Assembly (NCBI GenBank): GCA_951406725.2
Contig: OX597815.1
Span: 83,390,001 to 83,454,000, forward strand
DNA from: Octopus vulgaris
Taxonomy: Eukaryota
DNA length: 64,000 bases
Direction: 5' to 3'
The notes beneath the pieces were generated by a model, which saw only the letters and a program-made list of their open reading frames with translations, was not told the origin of the DNA and searched no databases. The position numbers and the translations under genes are program-made. Shown in pieces: positions 13,126-28,468 of the stretch; the first letter of the stretch is position 1; each line of letters opens with the position of its first letter.

Positions 13126-13312
13126 AAAATATAAGCACATGTGAATTGTTGGCGATTTTTTCCCCTCCGTCTTCCTTTTCTATTGGTCGTTCCTGTTTCT
13201 GAAGAGGAGCTTTGCTCGAAACGTAAAACTACCTTTCTTTCCTTCCCTGAGCGTCTGTTAATACTTTAAATGTACCACGTCTCGCGTTTTTTTTTTCTCT
13301 GTTCGTTCTTCG

Positions 13313-13313
<1 letters not shown>
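13126..13313 (+). mobile_element. ~200-bp hammerhead-bearing element (copy 2)
   Basis: Homologous to 6527-6720; followed by (TA)n. Confidence 0.7.
13195..13229 (+). ncRNA. Minimal type I hammerhead ribozyme
   Basis: gttt-CUGAAGA-g-gagc(uuu)gcuc-GAAA-cg-UA-aaac; differences from copy 1 fall at N7, the inserted base, the loop and H17. Confidence 0.75.
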
Positions 13314-13361
<48 letters not shown>

Positions 13362-13590
13362 TAGCGACTCCGATTTTTCTGGTGCCACTATGCTGAGGAT
13401 TGCAGTGTCAAAGAAAATATTCTCAATCTCAGTGTAGCTGCTTATGAAATCTATGTTTAAACAACGCGTGTGGCTCTAAATACACTTGTGTGTTTACATA
13501 TAGATAGTAAGTTTTTCGCTCATACATTCAAATACTCATATATTCATATATTTCCTAAATATACACAGATACTCATATTTCCTTTATATA

Positions 13591-13806
13591 CGGTGGTGTG
13601 CTGTAAGCTCCTTGCTTTATGTATATAAAAATACAGGAGGATCAGTTAATTATAATTTTATTCAACACATTTCCCCTCTGAGATTGACACACATTCTACA
13701 GCGAACCTTCACTGTTTTTCTAAGCGCTGTTAAAGAACTCAGAAGGTTGGCCCTCCAGCCAATTCTTTCGTGATACCCTGAGGCCATGGAGTTTTTCAGC
13801 ACCACG
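13591..13806. mobile_element. Mariner-derived MITE, 216 bp
   Basis: TA-flanked imperfect TIRs (cggtggtgtgctgtaagctcc / ggagtttttcagcaccacg). Internal minus-strand tgtgtcaatctcagagggg...gttgaataa resembles a mariner CVxLxGxYVE* end. Confidence 0.6.
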
Positions 13807-14180
13807 TATTTATAAATTTAAATATGTATGAACAAACAAATGCATATATGTACACACACATACGCATACACGCTCGCACGCACACACACATATACACACA
13901 CACTCGCGCGCAAATAAAGAAAGGAACACATATACATGTATATTTATGTGCTCGCGTGTACGTGTGTGTAAATATGATCATGCATTCACACACAGATGAG
14001 TTCGGAAATTATTTTCAGAATAGACACATATATAGATGAAAATCCAAACAGGTATAAAAAATAGAAGGGTAAACCCAAAAAGCAAACTGCGGCGATGCGA
14101 AAGTAGAAGATTACATAATGGCAGACAAAGATTTATCATTGAATTCAGAGCGAACAAAATTGATTAAACTTGAATACACA

Positions 14181-14231
<51 letters not shown>

Positions 14232-14392
14232 CACACACACCACAAACACACTCACGCATACGTATGTGCATCTATAATGATAAAGATATTATAGTCATAA
14301 ACGCCCACACACATACAGGACTCTATGTATGCATTGCCACCTGGGAATACTTTTTAATGCATACACTGATATATCAGTGTGTCCGGGTCTAG

Positions 14393-14429
<37 letters not shown>

Positions 14430-14707
14430 AGTGTTAATGTGTATATCATACAATTCTAGTTTTATTCGATTCTTCCTCACAATCGCTACGGTTATACTTT
14501 ATGTTTGATGGAAAATGTTTGTTTCTGTATGTGCGTTTGTGTGTGATATTTCCTGTATCTGTTTGTGTGCCTGTGTCTTTATATCATTGATGACTAACGT
14601 GTGTTTATATAAATATTCTCAATATTGTAAGCATGTGATATTTCGGAGGAGACCAGATTCCACTTATAGTTACAAATATTTTTATATACATGCACAAACA
14701 TACATAC

Positions 14708-14799
<92 letters not shown>

Positions 14800-14820
14800 G
14801 TACACATGTATTCATATATA

Positions 14821-16119
14821 CGAGGGATAGTCAAAACTCAGGATATTTACACAAAATCACGAGATAAACATGTGCGTCATTTTTCTACATAGTCTCTTTT
14901 ATTTTCGATGCACTTGGTCCAGCGGTCCACATGCTTGCATATTCCCTTCAAGAGGAAGATTTTCTGTTGTTTATGCAACAATTTATGCATTTATGCACTA
15001 CTTTCTTCACACCTTCACCCGTAGGAAGCCGACGACATTGAAAACCATCTTTGAACATTCCAAAGATCTGATAGTTGGAAGATACGAGATCTGGGTTGTA
15101 TGCAAGGTGTTCCAGCACCTTAAAATCTATTTGGTTAATGGTTTCAACGATCTGGGTGGCTGTGTGTGGGCGGGCATTGTGATGCAACAACAAAACTATC
15201 CTCGACAATAGGCTTCAGTGTTTGGTGCGAATTACTGGCTTCAGTTTGTTGGCCAGCAAAGCACCGTCTCTTGTATTGTTGATCGTACACTTCTTTACCA
15301 GGTAGTCTTCTAGTATAGTCCCTTTTGAACCGTAAAAGCAGGTCAGCATCACCTTTCCTGTGGGGGACTGAGTTTTTAATTTCTTCGTCGCTGGCGAGAT
15401 AGGATGTTTCCATCTCATACTCTGTCTTTTGGATTCTGCCTCATAATGATGGACCCAGGTTTCATCTCCTGTGGCTATTCTGCTCAAAGATACCACGATT
15501 CCATTGTTATAGGGATTGAGTAAACGTTGGAAGACCTCAAGACCTTTGCACCTGTGCTCTGCAGTAGGCTCTTTTGGAATCCATCTTGCACAGACGTTAT
15601 GGAAGCCGAGCTCATCGCGAATGATTTGAAATGTAGAACCATGACTAACCTGCAGAGAACGAGCTACCTCATCAGTGATAACTCGTCGGTTCACCATTAC
15701 CATCTCTCGAGCTACCTGGATTTTCTCGTCAGTGGTGGAGATTGACGGGCGTCCTGGTCCCTCTTCGTGCGTCACGTTTGTCTAGTCACTTTTAAACTTC
15801 TCGATCCACTCATCCACATTTCTGCGGTATAGTGCACTGTGTCCGTATCGGGCTAAAAGCCTCCGATGAATTTCTGCACCTGAAAAACCTACTGACCAGA
15901 GAAATCAGATCATTGCTGTTTGTTCTTCTTTCGTGCACTTTGCTAGTGGAGCAGTTATACTTGTACTATAAAGCCAGTAAGAAAAGGTGCGCGATCAAAC
16001 TTAAACTTTGATCACGTGACCTCAAAATGCCAACTATAAGGTCGCATGCGCAGAAGGCAGTGTGACAATAATAAAGATATGTTATGACCAAAGTGCGGAT
16101 AGCTTTTGACTTACACTCG
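14821..16119 (-). mobile_element. Decayed full-length mariner, 1299 bp, transposase remnant ~14877-15958
   Basis: TA-flanked imperfect TIRs cgagggatagtcaaaa / ttttgacttacactcg; fragments GRPSIST, ARWIPKE, ATGDETWVHHY, LHHNARPH and HLAYNPDLVSSNY in shifted frames. Confidence 0.9.
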
Positions 16120-16182
16120 TATATATATTTGAGTGTGTGTGTGTTTGTGTGTGCCTGTGTGTCTGTGTATTTGTGTAAATAT

Positions 16183-16242
<60 letters not shown>

Positions 16243-16306
16243 ACATACATATGTATTATGTAAGTATGTATGTACTGTTTGTATGTATGTTATATGGATA
16301 TGCCTG

Positions 16307-16348
<42 letters not shown>

Positions 16349-16639
16349 CATAGCTTTACAGCAAGTATATCTTTTCTTCTGTTACGTTTTGTTGAGCATA
16401 TTATTGTATATCTTACATAATTTTTCATGTATATATCCTAATGGATAACACTATAACTATCTCTTGTATCACCGCAGTTCATCGCTTAGGAAAGTTAAGC
16501 CAATTGTGCCTTGTCGATCTACATATTCTCGTTAAGATATCTTCTATATCCTCTTATATTTAAACAAATAATCCATGAATTGCCTGAACTGAAGTGTCTT
16601 TTTTAATCGACCGGTTTGACAAAGTTTCATTAAGTGACT

Positions 16640-17495
16640 CCTGAATACTCTTAAGCCTCAACGTGTTGGGCGCACCATGTTGCTGGATCATAACTAATAA
16701 CTTGATTGCGTGTGGTGAAAATGCAGTACAACAAATTGTTATATCCAAGACATACAACATTGATGGTGAAACTCTTACAACTGTGGTCCAGAAACTCCAA
16801 AATGGAAAAGCACCTGGAAGAGACTTGATTGTTGGATATTGGTACAAGAAGCTAACATTCTACGGACCATACATTATTAATCTGTAACAGCAAGCTTTTA
16901 TTGGGAACAGTAGCATACCACAATGGCTAGCTCTGGCAGAGACAGAATTGATCCCTAAATGCAGAACCACCCACATGGCAAAAAGCTACCGACCAATAGC
17001 ATGCCAATACTTTATGTATAAAATATATACAGTATGTTTAAACCTCTTCCTCCAAGACCATTATGAAACTAATAACATTATCACAGCAGAACAAGCAGCT
17101 GGGAAGACGGGAGTCTGGGGATGTGTCAAGCAATTGCTAATCAACAAAACAGTGATGTTAGAGGTGCGAGAACATAGGAGTAATCTGGTTTCAATGTGGC
17201 TAGATTACAAGATGTATTGGATGCTAGAAGCCCTTCAACTTACTAAAGTTCTAGTGAGAATAGTCAAAGCCATAGCTGACCTGACTCCATCGTGGGCCAA
17301 CCTCTTGAAAGTAAACACAAAGAGTGACTGTATTATCACCGGTAGAATACAGTATCGCAAAAGCATATTCCCAGGAGACAACCTCTCGCTGATGTTGTTT
17401 ATACTTTCTGTTAACCCCTTGTCATTCATGTTAAACAAGTCTAGAGGGTATCACACTGGTTCACAAGGAATCAGAAATACCAAAATCAGACACAG
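16640..17495 (+). mobile_element. R4/Dong-like non-LTR retrotransposon RT fragment
   Basis: GKAPGRD..GYWYKKL, YRPIAC, EQAAG..GC..QLLINK, WLDYK and IFPGDNLSLMLF; contains stops and deletions. Confidence 0.82.
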
Positions 17496-17805
17496 TTTCT
17501 TTGGCTCGTGTCAATGGGTCTACTCTGAATATTCGCTTGTAGGGGGAACAGGTGTGCTTACCTGGCGTGCACTTGGCATTCGGGTTGACCAGGATGTGTT
17601 AGGTGCCTTGGTTGGCCATGTTCGACCCACCCCACATTGGAGAGTTTTGTATTTTAATTTCTTTTCTGTTAACTGTTTTTGTTTTTTATTGTTCACACGT
17701 TGTCTGTTTTAAACAATTCTCTTTCTTTTTTGCATTGTCCCTATATATTTTTGTTTCGGCCCTTGTGACCAATAAAGAAAGGGTTATTATTACTATTATT
17801 ATTAT

Positions 17806-17846
<41 letters not shown>

Positions 17847-17879
17847 ATAGGAGGAGGAGGGGGAGGGGGGAGAATTTAT

Positions 17880-20200
17880 TATGGAGTAAGAGAGCAACGC
17901 ATGCCATCAGAGTGACACTAGGTTGCAAATGAATGAAGCTCAATATACTTATCATGACAACCCCTCTGATAAGGGTACACCAGACACACGAACCACAGCC
18001 ATATGTACGTGAAATTGTGATCTCGTATCAAGATTAGAGCTGCTTTTTGCAAGTCATCAATCTTGTATGGGATTTCCAGTTGCCTTATGTTTTGAAGTTT
18101 CAATGGGATTGAGCCCAACGCCCCGATACACTACTGGTATCACTTTTCCATTACCATCTCATGTTCCATAGAGTCTAGCCATTTCCTCTTTCAATTCGGA
18201 GTACTTGGTGATCTTTTCAAACTCTTTACTCACAACATTCATGTCATTTGGTATGGCTACATCAATGATCTGACAGTATTTTTTGTCACTCTTATTCAAT
18301 ATGACAACATCCGGCCGACGGTTTTCGATTACACGCTCCGTCTGAAAATCATAGTCCCAGAGTATCGTTACTTTTCCATCCTCCTGCATAACTTTACTCA
18401 GTACTTACTCATATCAGTTCTCTGTTACTTCATATTGGTATTTACGGCATAAGTGCTAATGAAGAAACACACACACTTTATCGTGGCAACGCTTGTATCC
18501 GTTTTATGCAAGGCTCTAACATCAAGTCGGTCACATTTTCCAGACTCTTTCCACGGACTGCATTTCTGGGTGTTAGAAGTTGTATTGATGATATACTTCA
18601 CTGAATTGGTAGCGAGAGCCTGGTCTTGTGCAGCAACGATCAGGTTTTCTATAGTACGCTTCAAATCACCTCGCTCAAGTCATGCCCACAATGCTATATT
18701 ATCTTTTAAGTCCTGCGTATACATTTCAAAGTGTCCATGCATTCTCATTTGAAGGTCTTCTTTCCTCTTCTCAGATCTTTGATTAAACTCTTCCTTGCTC
18801 ATCATTTCATCTACATTTACACCCATATTTTTCTCAGCGTATTGAAACAGCTCTTCATCGCTATTCATAAAAACTCGGCATCGCTATTCATAAAATACTC
18901 GGTAATCGTTCTCTTTTAACTCCTTATACAATGGTCTATACTAATTAGTCCTCTGCTACCATTCTTTCTTTTCATATAAAGTCTGTTTACGTTCGTTTTA
19001 GAGTGGAACACCCATGCAGCGTCATCAACTTCCTCGTCCTTCTATTCAGTGTTAGCATTTCCGCCTTAGTCCATTTGAGGATTGACACACTATTTATGAC
19101 CACTGCAACTGCCCAGATATTCATTGCAGTAATGAAAGTTTTAGCATTCAGGTTGGATTTCAATCTTCATTCTTTTTTGTTACGTCTGTTTAGAATGTTA
19201 TCCAGCTCCAAAATCCCTAAATATCTATACCCACTACCGTCTAGTTCATCCATGGTCTCTCTGATCATAACCACAATCCTCTGCAAGCTGCTTTCTTTCC
19301 CCCTTTTATATTAAATACTGAGCATTTGGTAATCCTAAATTCCATACCGATGTCTCTACCACACTTCTGGACAATTTTGGTTAAGGAATATGTTTTCCGA
19401 TTTCCCAAACAATTTCAGGTAATCTGTAAACAGAAGATGGTTCATTGATGGGCCTTTCTTCCCTCATCTGTAACCCATCTTAACTTTTCCAAGTGTATTG
19501 TTATGGGTATTAGTGCAATTACAAATAGGAACGGGAAAAACGAGTCACCCTGGAAGATTCCTCTTTTAATATTAACTTCTCCAAGGAATACATTACATGA
19601 GTACAATATGGCTTTCTAATCTTTCAAGCTATGCATCAGAAAATTTTGTCATGTTGTCAGCAACATCGAACATCTGCAGGCATTCAACGATCCAAGAACG
19701 AGGCATCATATCTTATGCCTTCTTAAAGTCAATCCAAGCCATAGATATTCTTGTTCGATGTTTTTTACAATGCCCCAAAACTGTTTTGTCGATGACCAGG
19801 TGATCCTTGGTACCCAGAGAGCTCCTCCTATATCCTTTTTGTTACATTGGTAGTATTTCAACATGTGCGAGGAAAGTGTATGTCTGCCGCACATATTCCA
19901 ATGAGTATCTTCAAGATTATGTTTAGGCATGGTATGGGCCGGTAGTTTCCCACAATCTTCCCCTTTCTTCTATCTTTCATTACAAGTGTTGTCCTCCCAC
20001 TCACCATCCACGTGGGGACTGTACCTCTCTGGACACATTCATCCTTACTTATGACAATATTCCTCTGTTTCTTTCCTTCATGTAATTCTGTCTTGATAGT
20101 TCCTAACTACATTGCATCCCGTTTATGCACCACATTGACTCATAATCCGCTCCAGAACTCCTTAACTTGATTGGCATCAGGAGCCACATTTTCCCAATTT
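17880..20200 (-). mobile_element. Decayed R4/Dong-like element (RT to RLE)
   Basis: Fragments IFQGDSF, LIVAAQDQALATN, ILWDYDFQT..RRPDVV..IIDVAIP..KITKY and LQKAAL; bounded by trinucleotide microsatellites. Confidence 0.85.
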
Positions 20201-20205
20201 TCTTC

Positions 20206-21412
<1,207 letters not shown>

Positions 21413-21502
<90 letters not shown>
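21413..21502. repeat. Pure (TTA)n array separating two Dong-like elements
   Basis: About 30 uninterrupted units; similar arrays at 20248-20303 and 22944-22996. Confidence 0.95.
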
Positions 21503-21503
<1 letters not shown>

Positions 21504-22942
21504 TGCCTTTGCACAGCTTCTAACGCTGCAGATGTACTACGGTATTAGCTGATCATTACCAGTGAACTAATGTAACACCTCTTATTTTTCGAGCACCTTC
21601 CGGAATATTCGAGCGGTTCCAAGCAGTGCTATTTTCTGCAAGTGCTCCATCCTTATTGCATCCCCTATTTGTTCCATGTACTTCTCAAGATTTTTACTCA
21701 CTCTTCCCAGGGCTCCGACAACTACTGGTACTACTACCACCTTTTTCATCGACCACAACTGCTTAACCTCCCAAGCTAACATGTCATATCTCTCGACTTT
21801 TGTTTCTTCCTTATCGCATACCTTGTTAAGCCAGTATAGTGTTTTCTTCCTCAATTAAGACTACATCTGGGTTCCTATTCTCTATCTCATGATTGCACTG
21901 AATTATAAAATCCCACAGGATATTTGCATTATCATTTTCGATGATGCCTTCGGGTTTGTGGTCGTACCAATATTTTTCTCTTGTTGGAAAGTGTCCAGTG
22001 GACAAACCTTGTTATATTGTCATGGCGTCTCATATTCCTTCTGAGCTAGTGGCGTACATTGGCTGGTAGTATGCCATACGGTTTCACCATTTTGTCTACA
22101 GATTCTGCACTTATCACTTTCTGATGTGTTGTCTACTCTGTATTTTATGTAGTTTGTTTTAAGGGCTTGCTCTTGGGCAGCACAGATTAGAGCCTCCGTT
22201 TCCGGTTTTAGTCATCCACAGCCATCTTTTTTTTCTTTCATCCTGCAATCTTTCATCCTACACAAGCCTGACGTTCTTATTTCAAATAATAGCAGTTCTG
22301 TGGCATTTTCACATACCATGCTATGTTGTCTTCTGCTCTAATGATGCGTCCTCGTCCCCACCTGTTTCTTGGTACATTCAGTCTGTCTGTGTCACTTTTC
22401 GGGTGGAGTGGCCCATATCTAGTTAGCAACTTCCTTGTCTTTCTGTCTAAACTGTTTAGTTCGTCTACTGTCCATGCAATTACCCCTGCTCCATATCTAA
22501 TGAGTGAAATCGCCCAGGTGTTGATAGCTTCAATCTTATTCCGTCCTTTTAATTTTGACTTAAGGATCAGTCTCACTGTGCTCAAGTTTCCATCTTGAAT
22601 ATTTCTGTCATTTCTTTCTTCATCAATTTATCCATTTCCAATATCCACAAGAACTTATAGCTCGTATCTTCTATCTCCTTCATAACTGCCCCCGACGGTG
22701 TCGTTAGACCGTCTATACATTTGATTTTGCTTCTCTTCAAACCTAACACACCACACTTTCTCAGTCTGAACTCCATTGTGATATCAGCACTGAAAGTATA
22801 CACCGTATCACGAGGTAACTGACTTGGGCTTTATCTTTATCATAAAGTTTGAGGTCATTCGTGAATAACAAATGGTTGACCTTTTGTTGGCAGCTTTTGA
22901 ATACATACCCAACATTTGCTTTCCTCACAATCAGTGTTAGTG

Positions 22943-22943
<1 letters not shown>
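21503..22943 (-). mobile_element. 5'-truncated R4/Dong-like element
   Basis: VNHLLFTNDLKLY, KIEAINTWA..YGAG, CAAQEQAL, VVVPVVVGALG and LQKIALLGTAR; (TAA)n on both sides. Confidence 0.88.
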
Positions 22944-22996
<53 letters not shown>

Positions 22997-23037
22997 GCAT
23001 GTTTATTATTATTATTATTATGATTACTATTATTATT

Positions 23038-23076
<39 letters not shown>

Positions 23077-23130
23077 CTTCTTCTTCTTCTTCTTCTTCTT
23101 CTTCTTCTTCTTCTTCTTCTTGTTTTCAAA

Positions 23131-23200
23131 AGGCAGCCAGCCTGCAGAATCGTTAGTACGGCAGGCAAAATGCTTAGCGGCATTTCGTCCGTCTTTACGT
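23131..23200 (+). mobile_element. 5' fragment of tRNA-derived SINE family 2
   Basis: aggcagccagcctgcagaatcgttagtacggcaggcaaaatgcttagcggcatttcgtccgtctttacg matches the head of the copies at 31395 and 38665. Confidence 0.65.
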
Positions 23201-23706
23201 AGCGATTTGTTTGCTTATGAAAAGAAATACACGTTCTTATTTTATTATTTTTTCAACTTGCATGCATAGAATACACATGGGAAAGGCACATGATATATTC
23301 TCCGATGTTTATTAGAACAAGTACAAAACGTACGCAATTACGGAGATGATTAGTACTCATGAATTTCAGGGGTTGCTTAGGAATTTCTTTAATGCACAGT
23401 CATATTCTTGAAGATACTCTATACAGATGTAATACACTTATGAAATATGCTATTCTTTTCATGAACTGTATTATCCTACCTTACATGATAATTCAGCCGT
23501 TTCCAAAAATCTATACATTTCTCTACAATGCAGCGAATATGATGCAGCTTACAATTATTTTTTATGAACCGAACGGAAGAATGGCACATTTCGGTTCAAG
23601 ATGAATTATAAATCAAGCTCTTAGACATTAACAAAGAAAAATATTGCAGACAAAACTGCATAATATGCATACATACATACACACGCACGCACGTATGCAC
23701 ACGCAT

Positions 23707-23806
<100 letters not shown>

Positions 23807-23871
23807 ATATATATATCAATAGATTGATAGATAGATACACATATATACGTATCTATCTCTCTCTCCCTATA

Positions 23872-23916
<45 letters not shown>

Positions 23917-25019
23917 TTATACGTTCCCTCATAACTACATAACTGCATACATAGATGCTTCAAAGGTGGTATAGTCACTTGACCAACAAACTAAGCACAC
24001 ACAATCATCCGTCTACCCATTTATAAATATTTAAAATTGAGTAGAAATCCAACCGAGCATTCTGACGTAATGCTCTATGAAGATGGATATACAAATACAT
24101 AAATACATGCACATATACATACATATATGTAGACTTACACGCATATACATATATATGTATAATTGTGTGTCTATATATATATATACATGTGTGTATATAT
24201 ATGTGTGTGTGTGCGCGTGTGTGTGATTGTACATATATATAGTCATATATATGTGTTTGATTCATTCATACATATGTGTGAGAATTAGTGGTACCCAAGT
24301 GTTAAGGCCTGTAGCTTTGACATTTCTGTTTCCTCTGCTTCTTTACAGCGGAAGAAGCAAAAATTTCCCCGGATATAAAATTCATTATTACACATAATTT
24401 TATGCATAATTTTAACTCTCTTCGTAACTTTTATCAATTGCTCTATTATTGTGATTTTTTTATATTTCCATTCACGTTATTTTCGACACCTGGAAATCCA
24501 TTCAATAGTGTAAAGCTATAAAATATGTGTACTTGTCAATAAATTATGAATGCTTTTTGACTGTTAGTTCGTTTGGTTTGTGTAACATCCAGCCATTCAT
24601 TGCAAATCTCAGCGAGTTATCTTAAATAACAGCTTAGCATATTATTTCTCGGTTAGGGAACTCTGGCACAATTTATACACCTGGCGGTAGTTTAATTTGA
24701 TATAAAACTTGTATTAGAATGTGCGCAGTGAGATGGATGTATCATACAGATCTCCACGATACGATTTCAATTCAGAATATATTATGTTAAACTGAATCAT
24801 TAAGGCATTTTAATTAAGATTTTGTTATGCAGCTGCCCGACGCTATCAACTTGGTGGAATCCCCAAGAGAAACTTAGTGATCGAGTCCTTTTATCGGTGG
24901 AACAAATTATATGCTTTCACACCATGGTGATATATTTTGAGGATCTTGAAGGTAACACTAATCTTTTCTTTCCTTCCACTGAAATATCGATGATATGTGT
25001 CTCTCTCTCTCACTCATTT

Positions 25020-25051
<32 letters not shown>

Positions 25052-25149
25052 TCTATGTATGTATGTATATATGTATTTGTGGGTATGTATGTATGTATGG
25101 ATGTATGTATGTATGTATGTAGTTATGAATGTATGTATGCTTAACACCT

Positions 25150-25445
25150 GATAGTCTACCACTCTGACAACCCGTCGTTCTAGATGAACCAATCAACGTA
25201 ACAGCCTTCTCGTGAAATTAACGTGCAAGTTGCTGAGCATTCCACAAATACCCGTACCTTTAACATAATTCTCGAGGAGATTCTGCGTGGCGCAGAACGT
25301 GACAAGGCTGGCCTTCTGAATTACAGAGACAATTCATTTTGGCCAGCTGGGTTGAGTGGAGCATATGACATTAATTGGCTTGCTCAAGGACACAAAACGC
25401 CTTGCGATAGGGGTCAAATACCCTAACCACTAAGCTACGCACCTT
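25150..25445. mobile_element. Probable SINE-like interspersed repeat (family 3)
   Basis: GC-richer island between microsatellites, ending in cttgctcaaggacac...ccctaaccactaagctacgc, like a reverse-complemented CORE/tRNA head; single copy in the window. Confidence 0.45.
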
Positions 25446-25576
25446 TACTCACATAAACATACATACACAAACATATAGCTGTGTTTGTGTATGCGTGTGT
25501 GTGTGTGTATGTATGTACATATATATAGATATGTAGATATATATATATACACACACACACACATATATATATATAT

Positions 25577-26857
25577 GGACGCTTTTGAAATGGCTATTAC
25601 TCAGCCTGAGGGGAAGAGACAGGTACCATTCGGTTCGTGGTGCATTCTTTTTCTTTTCAGGTGAAGCCGTGGCACTGTAGACGTTAGAGCATCGCGTGTT
25701 TGCCTTCAACATTGACGTGAATAATAACGAGTCTATCACAGCAGTTCAGCGTGAGATTCGGCACCACTTCAACGGTCATCGAAATCAGGCTGTTCTCACC
25801 CGTAACACAATCTTACGTATTGTGAATGCAATTTGTACACGGTGTACACTAATTAATATGAGACCGGTGAGGGCGCCGCGAATGATACGGAGTTCAGCAA
25901 AATGTGGAACACGTTAGACAAATTTTGATACGGAGTCCAAATCGCTCTACTCGGAGGCATTCCAATGTACTTGGCATCAGTAATCGATCGGTAAGGCGTA
26001 TTTTGCTTGAAAACCTGCATTTCCCCCCACCCTCGTAAATTGGTCATTGGATAACTGTTGAAACCATAGGACCACCATGCACAGCGGCTTAACTTCGCAC
26101 GTGAGACGGAAGTAATTTTGTGGCAAATGACGATCTCATTTTGTTAATGAGTGATGACGCTAATTTTCAGCATGGTAAATCAACAGAATTGTCGTTATTT
26201 GGCTCCTGAAAATCCGAGAGAACTCATGAAAGGCCACTGCACAGCACAAAACTGAAGGCTTGGTGTGCTGCTGGAAAAGCCACCGTCACTGTTCCTTTCC
26301 TGCTTGAAGACAACAATGAAAATGCTGTTACTGTGAACTCCTAGCATTGTACCGAGATGATAAACAACTTTCTTGTGCCTGAATTACATCGAAAACGTAT
26401 GCTTATGCGACGTGTGTTGTCTCAACAAGATGGGGTGACGGCCCACATAACCAGAGCATCAACGGACGTTCTTCGCCCTCTCTTCGATGACCGCTTCATT
26501 TCCAAGTTTGCTAACATTCCTAGGTCCCCTCTGACCTCTGATATGTCCATTGGTGATAATTTCTTATAGGGAATGCTCACAAGTTCTGTACACTGGACGA
26601 TTTGAAGGAAGCTACTCGCGTGAAAGTCGCCCAGATCGACAGAGTAATGCTAGAGAGAGTGGAGATCAACTTCCAAAAACGCCTTCAGAAATGCATAAAT
26701 GAAAACGGACCACACATGATGGATGTTGTTTTCCACACTTGATTTAGAAAAATGCTTATTCAATACGAACACATTGATGTCAATAAACTTTATTTCTAGC
26801 TAAAATTAATGATTTAGTGAATTTTTCAAAAACGTCCGTCCTTTCTTCCCCACCCTA
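25577..26857 (+). mobile_element. Decayed Tc1/mariner DD41D (rosa/Visitor-type) transposon
   Basis: HTH fragment EHRVF..ESITAVQREIRHHFN, LLMSDDANF and QQDGVTAH...DMSIGD with 41 residues between the Asps. Right TIR ttcaaaaacgtccgtcctttcttccccaccct; partial left TIR ggacgcttttgaaa; (TA)n flanks. Confidence 0.85.
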
Positions 26858-26865
26858 TATATATA

Positions 26866-27353
26866 TATATAAACGAGCCCACAACCTTCGAGACCTTTTG
26901 GTCCATAGCTCCTTCCCTGACCCTACCTCCCAACCCGGCTCGTTCCCCTGCTCCCGCCCACGTTGCCGCACTTGCCCTTACCTCTCCAACACCACCCGCC
27001 TCACTAGCACCCACCATCGACCCTATCCCATCATCCACTCCTTCACCTGCACCTCCAGCAATATTATCTATTGCATCTCTTGCTCTCTCTGCAATTCCTT
27101 GTACATCGGACAAACGGGACGCCGCTTGGCTGACCGGTTCGCGGAACACCTTCGTGACATCCACCTTGCGAACGACACACCGGTCTCACGCCATTTCCGC
27201 TCCACCGGTCACTCCTTGCAAAACCTATCTGTGTTCGGTTTGTCCTTACACAGAGGCCATCCGGATTCCCGTTTTCGCCGTGAACAGGAATTAATCTTCT
27301 CTCTTCGCTCTTATACGCCATTTGGTCTCAACTCTCCCCACCTCCTCATCTAA
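26866..27353 (+). pseudogene. Uninterrupted but 5'-truncated GIY-YIG endonuclease domain
   Basis: YKRAHNLRDLLV, CSRPRCRTC, NIIYCISCSLC..LYIGQTGRRLADRFAEH, PVSRHF, REQELI..PFGLN. The upstream residues of ORF 26817 come from the neighbouring TIR and (TA)n. Confidence 0.92.
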
Positions 27354-28046
27354 CCCCCTCTCCCCCTCCTCACCTATCCTTTCCCCCCGACCCCTACTTC
27401 TTCAGTCCTTCATCCTTTCATCCCTACTCCCCTTCCCTTCTTCCCTCTTTCTCCCTCCCTCTTCCCCTTCCCTCTGCTCCCTCACTCCCTCTCTCCCCTT
27501 CTCTCTCCCCCTCTCCCTCTTTCCTCCTTCATCCCCCCCATCATCGCCTCTTCCCCCTCTCCTCCCCCTCTTCTTCCCCTCCCCTTCTCTCCCCCCTCTT
27601 CTCCTCCTCCCCCTCTTCTCCTCACTACACCACATGACTTTACACATCACATCACATATGATGTGCCATACTAATACACACACCAACTAATACATACTAA
27701 TACGTACTAATACATACTAGTACATACTAATACATACACCAACCCTATACATACACACGTCCAGACCCCGCATACGCACTTATACTCTCTCATACACACA
27801 CACACACACACCCTTATACATACTAATACATACACCAACCCTATACATACACACATCCAGACCCCTCCTACGCACTATTAGCTGGTCCCTCAACCTATTT
27901 ATCAACCCTATTATCTCCCCTTATTTCGCTCTCGCGTCTCATGTTTGATCTTTGACCTCTGGCCGAAATCAGATCGCCATGTTGATTCGTTAGCTACTGC
28001 ACGCATTTTTTCTCTCCTTCTTTCTGTGTTTTTCTCTCTCTGTGTA

Positions 28047-28084
28047 TCTTTCTGTTGAAGAGCGTAGGCTCGAAACGTTAAAGA
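28047..28084 (+). ncRNA. Minimal hammerhead-like motif with variant core (CUGUUGA)
   Basis: ucuuu-CUGUUGA-a-gagc(guag)gcuc-GAAA-cg-UU-aaaga. Confidence 0.55.
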
Positions 28085-28180
28085 CTTGTTTTATTTATAT
28101 TTCCTGAGCGCCATACTAATACAATTGTTCGTTTGTTTTCCACCTGCCTTCGTCTTTTGTTTATTTTCATAAAGCTTCCC

Positions 28181-28328
<148 letters not shown>

Positions 28329-28381
28329 GTGTGCGTGTGTGTGTGTGTGAATATAAATATATATGTTTATATATATATATA

Positions 28382-28468
28382 CATCCATTACGGCCGTTTC
28401 AATCGAGTCCTTTAATTGATTGAGTACATTATATCAATTCCAAAAAAAACGTTTTCTTCAGATGGACG
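28382..28468 (-). ncRNA. Type I hammerhead ribozyme with extended stem II
   Basis: Minus strand: cguccau-CUGAAGA-aaacg...aauugau(loop)aucaauu...cgauu-GAAA-cggccg-UA-auggaug. 7-bp stem I with one GU, palindromic ACGGCCGU stem III; abuts (TA)n. Confidence 0.8.

Noticed and set aside
17495-17712. Tail of the 254-aa ORF as part of the RT
   Set aside because: RT similarity ends near 17495; the remainder reads through an unrelated repeat 3' end with AATAAA at ~17771.
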